Assembly (NCBI GenBank): GCA_964035545.1
Contig: OZ037769.1
Span: forward strand, 7,669,929-7,733,928
Direction: 5' to 3'
Source of the DNA: Bugula neritina
Lineage: Eukaryota > Animalia > Bryozoa
DNA length: 64,000 nucleotides
Under the pieces are notes generated by a model that ran no database searches, was not told the origin of the DNA, and saw only the letters and a list, made by a program, of their open reading frames with translations. Shown here piece by piece: positions 51,085 to 64,000 of the stretch (positions are counted from its first letter, which is position 1; each line of letters opens with the position of its first letter). A program made the position numbers and the translations under genes.

Positions 51085-53177
51085 TACATTTAATCTTTAT
51101 CTTATTAGTGATTTTAGGTTAATCACTTTTTTAGTTTCTAAACCTAAAAAGCCATTGCATTTCAAGCAAATTTCAATGTTTTTACACAGTTGTAAAGTTT
51201 TGTAGCTCTACTTTTTTTATCATACTTAAAATTCCACACGTTATAATTATTTTCCATGAAACGGGTACCGACTATTCAAGGACTTGTGATGAATTTTAAA
51301 CTAGTGAATTGTTGGAGTCGCTATTTGTTAGCAAACATTTCGATCATTATTATTAGCCATTGCAACAGACAGCAACCAATTATATGGTATTTAAGAGATG
51401 CACAGTAGAAAATAACTCCTTTTTATCAACTCCTATTAATCTGCCCGCCACAGCTACTTCTTGTTTATTTCCATTGCATTATTATTGTTGCATAAAAGAA
51501 AGAAGCAGAAATATTATCTACCACACTTTTGCTTCTGCTGCTGCTTGGGGGGGGGGGGGGATTATAGCATTAATGCAAAATTTGTAGCAAACAAAATATG
51601 TTCCTACAATGTTTTCAACAGTTGTACCTCTACCCAAAACTCATAAAGGCAATTAAAGAACATTTCCATTGAAATTGCTCTGTTGGTAAATCTAAATAAT
51701 ATTATGCTTATCACAATAATATGTTCATAACCTCCAGGGTTTTTTAATGACTGTCAGCTGCTACCCAATACACACTATGAATGCCAGCTTGTTTTAATTA
51801 CTGTATGAAAATTATTGTTTGTGCCTTTTCATGGCTTTACGGTTTATACAGTTACACCAAAATAAAAAATATCAGTGTCAATTTTTTTAGATTGCTATAC
51901 TAAAGCATCAACATTACTTAGCACTATGGTGATAACCTTATTTTTAGCTATAAATTTTCAAAGAAAATCATATGTCTTATGAATAGTAATAATTTACCAG
52001 AATACTTTTTAAAAGCTTTTTCATGTTTCGTTTAATTTACAATGTAGTTATTCCCTTATTATGTATAGAGAGGACAACTTCGGATCGAAGTAATTTGGTT
52101 AGATGCAGGCAACATACATACATTGTGGTATGATCTATGTAGTGTGTTTGCGTGCGCTCGTGTGCGAGCTTTCATTTCCGACACAGGTCGCAGGATATTT
52201 GGTTCCAACCCTACAGATAAATGAAGTCTCTAACAAGTGTAAAGGTACAACAACTCCAGGCTACCTGAAGGGCAGCAATATACAACAAACTTCTTGAGTT
52301 TGTTCGGCTACACAAGCTATATTGAATAATTTAACGATAAAATATACTACATAAATTAAATGACCATCATTTCATCACTTTCATAATTATGTTATATTTG
52401 GCTTATGCATACAATAATTATTAAGATGATTAAATTAGGTGTATAGAATATAATATTGCACTACAATAATATAAAGAGTAGTATATCTTAGTGAGTACTG
52501 GGTAAAGCTTTGTTGACTTGAAAGATTTACAAAAAAAGATTGCTCGACTGTCATTCAGCAAAATTCCTTTAAATACTAAAAATACATACATGATTGAAAT
52601 ATAGATTGTCCGAAATATTTAAAATGAGATGTGATAATTAAGGATTTAAGTGTAATGAAATAGCTCATAATTTATATAATTTGATATAAAAACCTTCTGT
52701 ATAATAAAAAAGTAAATCATGCATATAAAATACAGCAATATACATTTATAATACATTTGCATAAATGCAAAAAATTGATAGATTTTGACAATGGCAATGC
52801 TCAATAACAAAAAGATTGCTTATTACAAAAACTAAAAAAATACAATAAACTTCAAAATTGACAACAAATAAATATTAAAATTTTTGGTAGAATATCAGTT
52901 ATTATTCATTTGTTATGTGAACGCTTAGACTACGCAATTTGCACAAAGCATTGACCATAATAAGCAACGTACTGTAAATTGAATATCAATAATTGATCAT
53001 AACTTCGGCTAACAGCATATTAAAGCAATGTTACAGTTGAATTCAACATTATTGAGTATATTAGCATTGCCAATACTATATTTAAACTAATAATTCAACA
53101 TAATATAATTCACTTTAATACTAGTTCAAATTCAAGACTAGCAGGAAATCTGTGCGTTCCACTGCTCATCAGTTTAC

Positions 53178-56100
53178 TCAGTGCTTCAAGCTACCATCTC
53201 TCCCAGATGATCGTTTCAAGGTAAATTGCTTCTGATATTTAGATAGTGATTTAGGCAATGTTTCATAGTCTTCTGCAAACACATAAGTTAGTTTCACACT
53301 TGCACAGCACAACAAGGGGCAGTACAGCATAAGTGGCAATACAGCATGAGGGGCAGTACAGCATGAAGGGCAATACATCATGAGGGGCAGTACAGCATGA
53401 GGGGCAATACAGCATGAGGGGCAATACAGCATGAGGGGCAATACAGCATGAGGGGCAATACATCATGAGGGGCAATACAGCATGAAGGGAAGTACAGCAT
53501 GAGGGGCAGTACAGCATGAGGGGCAGTACAGCATGAGGGGCAGTACAGCATGAGAGACAATACATTACACACCAACACACAAAAATATTTCAGGGAAGAA
53601 TTTGTTTCAGGAATTTTATAACCACTAATAGTTTTTTCAGCAAAATATGTATTAATGTTGTTATTATTATAATGTTTGCATCCAAATCAACAGATAATTT
53701 ATTTAGCTGCTAGGAGCTGATTAATCAGATAAATTGTATTACAAACTTGCTAACAATTACTTAGTAGCCATTTTAGTAGTGACTACAGCTAAAAATCAAA
53801 GCCAAATAAACATAGCATATAAAGAAATGAAATGTTTGAAAAGTTATGAAGTCAATATAAATAATATAAATAAGTAGGGTAGTAAACAAATAAGTTTATC
53901 TGGATATTCTCATACCATGCTTTGGTGGTCGGGAGCAGATTTCTACGACTTGGGGGTTGACGGTGTCTCCTGACGAACTGCTGTCGGAGTTGAAGAACAG
54001 AGGAGACAAGGCACCCTGAATAGACTGATCATCTAGCACAGTGCTGTCTGTTCTACTCAACTCTGAACCTGTAACATCAACTTTCTATGTATTTATTTCA
54101 CTGTGCTATATTTAGACATTCTAAATAAGCTAGAACAACATGGGTAGTTAGCAAGAAAAGAGCTACATGAAATATTAGAAAGTCTGAAACACAGCAAACT
54201 AGCCACAACACCATGAAAAGAATAAGAAGTAAGTTGAAACGTTTCACTGGCAGACAAGTAGGTGCAAAGAGTACATAGAGATAAACATATTGACAGAGAA
54301 AATGGAAATACATGTAGAAGCATAACAAAGAGAAGACAACACTCGGGGTGTTAGCATAACCTCACAGCTACAGCATGATGCTGTGCCTACTGACCTTGTT
54401 CACTATACTGTCTCTTCCAGTTGAACAAAACTGGTTCAAAGTAAATAAGTTTAATGTAGTTGTTTACAGAAACACTGTGCATATGTTTCAAAATTGAGTT
54501 AAAAGTGAACAATAGCAACTTGAATTACTGCGTTATGCTCTATGAAACAAACACCTAGATGGTTTGGTATTATAGCATAGTAAACTAACAATGGAAATTC
54601 AGGTAGTTTAAATAATTTATTGTTTCAATGTTTTATCATTTGCACAATATCAACTCCCTGTATTTTATAGTATCAAATAATAACAGATTGAAATAACTTA
54701 CTAGAGCCGTAATCATTAGCCACATCTCTGGCTGCATCAGCCACTGATGAAGGGAATGACATAGATCTGACTTTGGTAATGGTAGGGACTTCACACTTGG
54801 AGACTGGTTGATCAATGAAACTGGAGCTCCTCTTCTTTAACCCTGGACTAAAATCTGCTTCGTCGTCCTGTAAAACCACAATGGCTGATGAGTTGATATT
54901 TTAACACAAAAAACTAGATACAATTTTTTATAAAATTATTAAAAGAAAAGCGTGAACATGGCAAGTATTGCACTGATAATAGAATGCACTGACCTCTTCG
55001 ACAAGTGATACATTGGTAGTTTCGAAGAACTTAATGCTGGAGGAAGCAGCGCCATCTGATTCAGCCAAGAGCTCCGTGCTAGAGCTGTGACCAAGTGTAA
55101 AAGTGGGAGTTGCACTCTCTAAACTAATAGCATCTGAATCAACATCTCCATCTTCTCTTACACTGAGGTCTTTGTCCACAGAATGTGTATCTGAATAACA
55201 TGTTAAAATAAGAATATAGAAATCTTTTATGGATGGTACAACAGTCCCTACTTTCTAAACAGCATTCAAAATGGAAGAAATGCCAGTTGTGGTAGCAAAT
55301 TTAAACAACTAACAACTGTTTACATTACATTCAAGATATAGAATTGAAGTTTGACAAAAATTGAAAAAGGATACTTTGTAAACACATGCTATACAATTAC
55401 TAAAATATTTAACATGATGGCAAGTGCTGAGTACAGTCTTTTTATAGCACAGTCTGTAAAATGAGAATGCTGCCTCTTTATCACCCATTCTTCAATCATA
55501 TCACATTTCCAAAACATGACAGAAACAAACTGCAGCATGTGCCAAAATATTTACCAACATTAGTTAACAAACTGGGTGATTGAGGGCTGGTGCACAATGC
55601 CCGTATTACTGAAGCATAACTCACCGTCAGATTCCAGACTATTTTGCCTTTTTTGGTGGATTTCATTACTGATTGTCTCTAAATTGGACATAGACCGAGA
55701 GTAAAGAGATTTAGCTGCTGAAACATTCTTTTCAGCTAATGTGATCACTTCTCTCTGTTGCTCTAACAGTGTGTGGAACTTAGCCTTTTTCTCATAGTAT
55801 GGTCTGCAAAAGGCATAAATATTTTTTAATTATTGATGTTTTATGACGCAGGGATGCTAGTTGTTATTCTCATGTGATGCCATAAAATATCTGAAATAGA
55901 CTCCATGTATGGTTAACCAGGATTTGCTACTGCTTAAACTTTGAGTAGCTAAAGCAATAGCAGGTTGGAATATCTGTACAGGAAGGGGACAAACCTCATA
56001 CAGATACACAGATTGATAAACTCACTCTAATATACAGTATATATGAAATGTATACGAGGTACAGGAATAATTTTGAATTGAACAGGTGGTTGGTTCACTT

Positions 56101-59100
56101 AGCCTAAATTTCATGGATATTAAGTTATGGCGATGAGTCACAGTCATAACCATAATTATTATTATAAGCTGGGTAGGGCAGCTCAACTTCTCACATTTTA
56201 CTATCAAATTACTGAACATCAAACAACCCTGGTAGGAATACCAACTGGAATAGCAACATAATATTGCATAATATGTACTTTGCTGTTCAGCCTAACTATA
56301 ATATAACTGGATCATATGGACTATTTTAGTAACATCACTAATTAAATGTTGATGAACAAAAATAACGCATGTTATTGACCTATAAGGGCAAACAACTGTT
56401 GTGTCAGAAACAACACTCTTGTATAATACTAACTATAAAGAAAAGAGAAAGCTGGATGAAGAGTATAAAACAAGTAATATTGTAGCTTGTTTGTAGTGAG
56501 AAATGATGTATACTCGTATATGCAATACATAGATGAATCATAATGTATCAACATGCTAATGAAAGCATAACCCCTGAAGATGTGGAGTTAATTATTGAGT
56601 TGGAGCTTTGATTTAGTTCAGTCAAAGACTATATATTTTAATGATGGAGCTGGGAGCAGAGGAAATGAGCTCCAAATTAAAATAATGACTGTGTGCTGCT
56701 GAGCTGTGAACAAATAGAGTTAGCAGGTGGGCTTCCTATTACACTGGCTCTGACTTCTTCTCAAAACAAGCTTTGAAGTTAACATAAACAAACTCAAGTC
56801 CCAACTCATTATTACCAGCTTGAGAGCATCAAACTAAAAGTTGAATGACTGATCTTCATGAACTTAAATTAGCATTGAGTTCCTCATTTTAGTGCCAGAG
56901 AATAAAAATCATGAATTATATTCATGTTGCAAGAAATTATCAGTTATTTTAAGGGAGATACTCATTTTCTTTAATTATCAGTCTAATTCTGATAAATTCT
57001 TTCAGCAAATTACCAATTCTTCCTATTGCACTAGTCACAATGCACTGCCTCAGTAATAAAACAATGAAATATAAAAACAAGTGCATGATAAAACTCTATA
57101 AAATTATGCATACAATTACTCACTTGGATTTTGAGATAGCACGCTTGTTCAGTTTGTATTCTCTCTGGACAGTTCTCTGAGCCTCCACCAGAATTCTTTG
57201 AGCCTGAATCTGTACAGCTTTGCAGGATCTGGTGGCTTCCTCAGCTTCTATCAGCTGTCACAAATATTGACACAGTTGAAAACTTGACTGATTATGCAGA
57301 TGTAAACACATAATATATAAATTAGCTGATAATAGACAGAAAACACAGTTTAGTAACAAATCTCCTAAGCAACATGTGACATAATTATCTTTCAAAGAAA
57401 TAAAATTGTTCATCGATACTAACGATGACACATGATACAAGACAGCACATAAATAAGCAATCAAATTTTTGAATTAGATCTGCTGTTACATTGTCAACAG
57501 CTGCCTTTTTAAAGCAGACACAAAAATATGTCAGTTACTACATACACCTGTAAGAGTGGCAATAGTGGGTTAATAGTGTCCAACAACTAGTATGTTGTAG
57601 TGTCAACCACCAAAACATTGGTGTTTGTCTAGACTTGGAAATTCTATATATTTGTTTATAGAGAGACATAAACTTGGTAAAACAATAACAATAATAATGC
57701 GTATCATGGCTGGTCATCAAAACCAATTGTATAGGTGACTCATCGGAGAAAAATGCTCCAATTAACGGTAATACTAGTAAAGCATAATTTATTGTGATTT
57801 TTAGGAAAAACAACTTTTTACTTATAGATGACCACCCAAAAAGTAATATTACACTAACTAAATAAAAAATATAATTATTGACCAAATTCTGACAAATCAT
57901 TATTCATGAAATAGCAATTTTGGGAAGTTATCCACCCTACGAAGGCAACTGCTATACATGACACTTTATTCATGATCCTATTTCTTAGGCAATCATTCCA
58001 TAAAATCTAAGCACTGCTTATCTACAATATACTTCATGGAGTGGCATTATAGTCTGGTCTGTAATTATTTTATACATGTGCACTCCACATGTGGTGTGCA
58101 CCAGCGTTACCCCTGTATGTGCCCCCCTTGGTGACCCCAAGAACTGATGACAGTTAAATGAGAATGTCAAAGCACTATTACAACACATGCAGCACTGGCT
58201 GCTTCACATCGAAAGTGAATCTCATTTCTGGTAATCATATTCATTGTTTACATAGCTTACACTGAAAGGTGGCCACCTTGCCAACATTATTTATAAAAAA
58301 TGGCTGTTTCTGGTGAATGAAGCAGCGTCAGCAATGAACATTTAATGAGAACCTACCCACCGTTGTTCCTGTGTGACATTTGCACAAGAACACGCCATAT
58401 ATCAGACCATTTTTCACGTGTTACAAACACAGACAAGGTAATTGACCTAATGTGTCAGCCTTCAACACTTGCTGCCCGCACAATGGAAAGGTTAAATAAT
58501 TCACTCAGAACTCTTTTATAAATAATATATGAATTATAATGTATTGCACACGCATGTACATAATATTAAACAGAGAAACACCAAAAAAAATTAAAAATGA
58601 AATTTACAAATTAGGAATTAGTGATGGAAGATATGTACAACCAGGATCTTGTAAAGGTGTTTGACCAATTAAAAGCAGACAGCAGTAGTAAACAGGGATA
58701 AACATTGGCAACTGTCCAGCCAGTAATACAGGAAATGGAGGTTAAAGGTTAGTTGCTTAAAGCATGTCACAATGCTGCCATTGATTTCAAATTTGAGTGT
58801 TTCCTTTTAGAGTTGGGATGTTGGCAATTTGAAAACACAAAACTGCAATAATGGACTGATAATAAGGGCAAGGCAGCTATTTTTGCTTTTCATTGTTATG
58901 ATGAAGCAATATTGTGCCATGTGATACAGGGATATAGACCATTGCCACACTTTGGTGGCCATTTTGTTATATCAGCAATGGTATCAGTAAGAAATACCTA
59001 TTATTTTATAGAAAAACTATTGAAAATCGAAATATAGAATAAATGTCCACAAACAATCAAAGAACAACTCTTCACAGTTATTAAGTATGGATATTGAATT

Positions 59101-62100
59101 TTCAGATGTTGCTGCAGTGTGGCCAAACCTGGAACAATTAGTAATAAAAGAATGAAATGAAATCCACCAAGAAACAGGATTTTCCAATTGAAAGTAAAAG
59201 TATAATAGACAAAATAATGTTGAAAACTCGACTGGAATTCAAAAGTGAACCTTGATCACATATCTCTGCAAGGTCAGATGATGGAAATAGTTATGTTGAG
59301 GCAGCATCGAGAGTTATCGATAACATATTTTTGATATCAAATTGGCAGCATTTAGCATGGTTGATGTCTGGTGAAATGACATAGTTGGCAGCACCCTTAG
59401 CAGGTGGCGTCATCAACCCTTACCAGCTACACAATACAAAGCATTCCTCACAAAAAGGTAAGACAAATCCCAAGCTTCTCTAACAAATTCACTTGCTGCC
59501 TGAACAATGAAATAACAAATACTATCTCAGTGAGTATGTTATTTGGTCTAAGCTTAGACAATGGGAAATGGGTTAAAAACAACCACTGCTAGCCCAATGG
59601 CAGGATATTCAATGTTATTCAATCTTTTTTTGCTTTATTTTTGGCTCTACCTGTCAAGGAAAAAAGGAGTAGGGATGCTTGCTATGACTAAAGGCACTGT
59701 TGTTGTGATGTGGTGTCTCATGTTTTGAATAACATAGACAGTGCATGTAAGAAACTAGATTGTACAGAGTCTAATTGCATTGTTTCATCAGTGAATGGTA
59801 AAGCTAATTGAGCCATGTTTCCAAAACATCAATTTCTAGTCCCTTTACCAATGACTTGATGTCACCTAATTAATAGCATACTTTTATTATCAACTTTACA
59901 ACAGCAAGCACTAAACACACCTGGGACAATGGCATTGATCAATGACACGGAATATTCAAGACTGCTGCTTTTTGATGTAAACCTTGTAACTTGCCAATAA
60001 AAGCTCTATGTTATTAATTTGACTTTATGTCTGGGTAATGCAAAAAGTTATGAGAATACTGAGAAAAGAGGTGCCTATAAAAACCTGCATTTTCGAGGGT
60101 AGTTGAGTAAAATTGCTCTACCATACCTCTATACCAGTATAATCTTAATATGTCTGTAACTCCAGGGAATAATGCTGGCAGTCTTGCCATTAAAGCACGA
60201 TTTTATCTCAAAACATTTACCAAAATATGGCAAGTATGCTAAAACAACGTTGTGAAAACCCAGTTATAATTGGGAATATGATCGGATATCAACAAGTGAC
60301 TACAACCCAGAATTCTAGATGATATTATCTTAATATGACGTAAGTTCGGTGAATATGCATCATATGCTAAACAGTGTTATTGAACATAATGAAGAGAAAA
60401 CCAACGCAAGGTAAAGTATTTACAACTCACTTTAATGGTTGCGTGATTCAAAAATTCCTGCCAAGATAGGTTGTGCTTGGATTTTTCCACGTCATAAATT
60501 TTTTCTGCCACTTCCTGTGTTTCCCTTGCCGTGGTTTCTATGGAAACTGCAGTGTCGTATTTAGCTGTCGTATCATCTACCACTTCTTGAGCCTTTGAAA
60601 ATAAATTATGTCGAAATAAATTAATAACCGATGATTTAATAATGCCTATGGCAAAACCATTTCATCTTCACAGTGTGAATAGAATGTCAGAATATAAATT
60701 GTAAGTTTTAAAATTTAACAAAATCTATTGTTTAGAAAGTTTCTTTGCAAATAATCACCATCTGTGTTCAGCTAAAGTTAGGCAGCTAAAATATTTAAAA
60801 CACAAACCAATGCAGTAATATTTTATCATAGATGTAAGAGTACGCAATATTGTGTTTAAAAGCTAAAGAAATTTCTCGACATAAAAATGAAAATTTTCAA
60901 TTTACCAGGAAAACGTTTAAACTTTTGAATTTTGGCTTCACTGTGTGCAAAAACTTGACACTATTCAATATGTGAAATCGAAACAAAACTTACACACTAA
61001 AGCATCGTCGTATAACTTATAACTTATCTTCAAGTTACTATATCACTAAATCGTAAACATTATGTATTTAAATTAAGAGCTAAATAAAAAATATTCAAGA
61101 GGAGCAATTTTATTGTCCCATTTTTTATTTCATACATAGTTGGTACCTTCCAGCAACTAAAACACTTAGTAAACACGAACAAAGCTCAGAAATTGCCTTC
61201 TTTTTCCAGTTTCAACACAAGGTACGGTTGTTTGACTCAATGAGTCAAGCAACTGTGCCTTTGCTGAACTATTAAAGGAAGTTGTTTAATTGTTAAATTT
61301 AATTTGAACAAGTTCAAATAGGTTGAGTACCCTAACAGCATGTACAACACTCTGTTTTATTGAACTGAAATCCATGTAATCTTAACTCACCATCAGCATG
61401 CTTTACAAATGCCATTGTACAAGTTGAAATAGTGATACCAATACTATTATTCTATTATAAATGTGTCATAGGTAAGGTAGTAAATATATGTGGTTGTTAT
61501 GCCTAAACAGATGTTGATGTATGCAATATGTCGTACTGTACTCTATGCAGGTGTGAACTAAGGGTGCATTTTTAATCCATCCATCACTTTATGTGTAATA
61601 GAATATCATCGGTGAATATATGGGTATTGTTTTAGTAAACTTTACTGATAAAAACTGAAAACAGTGAGGCAAGCATTGAAATGATCAGTAAGAAACCAGA
61701 GTTTCCTTTTCATTGTGAACACAAAGTAGCATGGTTACATGGCATTGTGGGTAATTACAGAATAAGGAAACAAACCCTCATTGAGAACATTACATGGTGC
61801 ACAATGCATGTAAGTTTTCTACTATATTGATTAACTCTTTGTTTGTAAAACCCAAGAGAGAATTGATTAAATGTCTATATCCTTTGCACCATAAACATTA
61901 ATAGCCCTATGTTATAACTATGTTGTTTAAACCTGAATAATAGAAATAATCAAACCTTCACACTAATGCATGACTCATATTGGTATGTAACTACTATTTC
62001 TCTGGTATATAACTATTTGCAACTATTTCACAGAGCCAGTTACTAGCTAGTAATACAGTAGGAGCAGCCTCAGTCTAGGGGTTAAAGTGTTTAGCTTGGT

Positions 62101-63090
62101 AAACACGAAATCATAGGTTCAAACCCTAGTAAAGGCCATTGGTGATGTTAGGAAGAGCATCCAGTTATAATTGCGTCTGTGCCTCATCTGAATAAGCCCT
62201 TAGCAATTGCTTTAAAAACCCATAAGGGATTCTAACAGGGATGGTGACTATAAACTTGTGTGAGTGGGTGGGAGTTAGTAATACAGTACTTGAGAAGTTA
62301 CTTTTCATAGATACTGGAAAAGTATTGAAGATAAATTTATCAAACGAGGCATTTGAAACCTAAACAAACCGATATGTGAATATTATCTAGTTTCAGGCAT
62401 CATCTTTGATCTTGCAGACAAGAAGTGACAGAAATGTGCAGGTGATTGTAGGTTATATATTACAAAGTTTATTTTCTATGCTCAAACCTTGGATATAAAG
62501 TTCATGATTATAGTTATCTCCCATTGTATGTTAGCATTGCTGAAGGTCAAACCAAATTCTATCTTTTCACTACTTTATAAGCTCTCTGGCACAATAAACT
62601 TGTGTAAGTCTGCAGTTATTAGCTGCAACTCACCATGTTACCAGGTTAGCAATAGATTACCATTGAAAATGGTAGCAAATAGAATTATACCCATGACCAA
62701 CACCACTATGCTGGTATGCACATGAAATATAGGCAATGGATTAATTGAAAAGCTAAGAAATAGTTTTACACTGCATTTTCATGGCTTCGAATTCTAGGAA
62801 CGGATGCCCTTACGAACGAATTAGTGGCTGCGGTTTGCATGAGCTTACGGTTGTGTTTTCAAACATCAAATGAAAAATCCAGTCCCCTAACGCATGGAAA
62901 CCTATTTCCACAATGCATGGAAACGCAGTGCTAGTTTATTCATTAGTGTGTAGCTACTTACTGCCTTTGCTTTTAGTCTGCAGTCATAGTAGGTGACAGC
63001 TCTGTGGATGCATGTACCGAGCTTCTTAGAGGCAGCACTCAGTTTATCACGCGAGTCTTTGAACAGGGATTTGAACCTGTTTCGAGCCAC
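53178..63090 (-). CDS. SH3BP5: SH3 domain-binding protein 5 family, 5'-partial. Exons 63090-62962, 60592-60431, 57254-57124, 55803-55625, 55190-54994, 54867-54702, (54430-54395), 54068-53916, 53272-53178
   Basis: Coiled-coil motifs KKLGTCIHRAVTYY, WQEFLNHATIK, RAISKSKPYYEKK, YSRSMSNLETISNEIH; exon phases consistent. Confidence 0.88.
53305..53565. repeat. 17-bp minisatellite (GAGGGGCARTACAGCAT)n, about 14 copies, last SH3BP5 intron
   Basis: Direct tandem array; it explains the three repetitive minus-strand ORFs. Confidence 0.95.
62061..62255 (+). mobile_element. tRNA-derived SINE (Meta-domain-like core)
   Basis: A-box-like AGTCTAGGGG, B-box GGTTCAAACCC, core AGGAAGAGCATCCAG; second copy at 7476-7712. 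Confidence 0.75.
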
Positions 63091-64000
63091 CTAAACATAG
63101 CAGGTATTTGGCATCACATTGCACAGCTATGACGAAAGTCAGCGTGTACTATACAGGATGTTTACATTCAACGTAGTAATATATACTATGAAATTTCTAT
63201 AGAGCTATTAAATAAATATCTAAATTTCAAAATTCATTCATAAGATAGTGTAGAAGGAACTGGTTTGTAGTCTACACACAAAGACAGAGCACGGCTATGC
63301 CAATAAAAACATTACAACTACCTGCTGAACTATACCATAATACTAACTCAGAGAATGAGTTGTAGACAAATGAATTGGAGAATGAATGTACTTGATAGTT
63401 GATTTTATACATTATTCTCAGTGACATTATAAATGCTGCATGCAGCCTGAGCCAACATGGAAGGTCATGACCTATATCAATACATACAGACAGTGATGGG
63501 GTAACATACCAACAGAACTGTATGTGATGTATAAGAATGTTGATGTCTCAATGTATACTCTAATATTGAAGATATTTTGTCATGTGGTGTCATGTGTTAT
63601 ACTTGAAATACTTGATAGCAGCAGAGATACTTGATAAGAGGTTAAAATAGAATCAAGTATGAACCATGTGCTGGCCCACTAAATATTATATTAGTACTGT
63701 AACCATCTTACATTAGCTGTTATCTCACACACCTATATTGTGTGTTTCACACTGATCTCTTCATATATTAGCAACTTGAAGCATGCCTATTGATTGCAAC
63801 TACTAGAAACACTAGCTTATCAAAGACTTGTAAAGCCTTATTACTACTGTATACTGAGAAATACGACAAGCATATCTTATTGCATTGTATTGTATCTTAT
63901 ATTCTGTATTTTATTGATATGAATAAGTTAACTAGTATAATATATAGTAGTCTGTCAACACATTATCATACATATATACATACACTACCACACATCTATA

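Noticed and set aside
53263-53580. Cys-rich, metallothionein-looking ORFs (YCPSCC repeats)
   Set aside because: The same peptide appears in all three frames because of the 17-bp repeat
55970-55995. miR-133-like GAAGGGGACAAA
   Set aside because: Seed is mismatched and no precursor hairpin forms
62061-62135. tRNA gene
   Set aside because: No intact cloverleaf; it continues into a SINE body shared with 7476-7712

Overview
AT-rich genomic DNA from an invertebrate animal, with spliceosomal introns. Exon models were built by hand from GT/GC-AG sites and frame continuity. Host genes: SLC35C2 (+, 9 coding exons); an 11-exon gene of about 510 aa with no recognised homology (+); an intronless P2X-receptor-like gene (-) lacking key ATP-binding residues; PAIP2 (+); an L-galactose-dehydrogenase-like aldo-keto reductase (+); MRPL53 (-); and the 3' part of an SH3BP5-family gene (-). 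Intron 1 of the unrecognised gene holds a young, intact 7.4-kb Ty3/Gypsy LTR retrotransposon (305-bp LTRs differing at one base, TTAT TSD, tRNA-Leu PBS, -1 frameshift signal). It carries a third ORF that is not env: acidic N-terminus, two zinc fingers, basic patch and coiled coil. Features invisible to the ORF track: three divergent miR-1-family hairpins just upstream of the P2X ORF on the same strand; three copies of a 46-71 bp retroposed element, each with its own 11-17 bp TSD; two tRNA-derived SINEs; MITE-like elements; and several intronic minisatellites.
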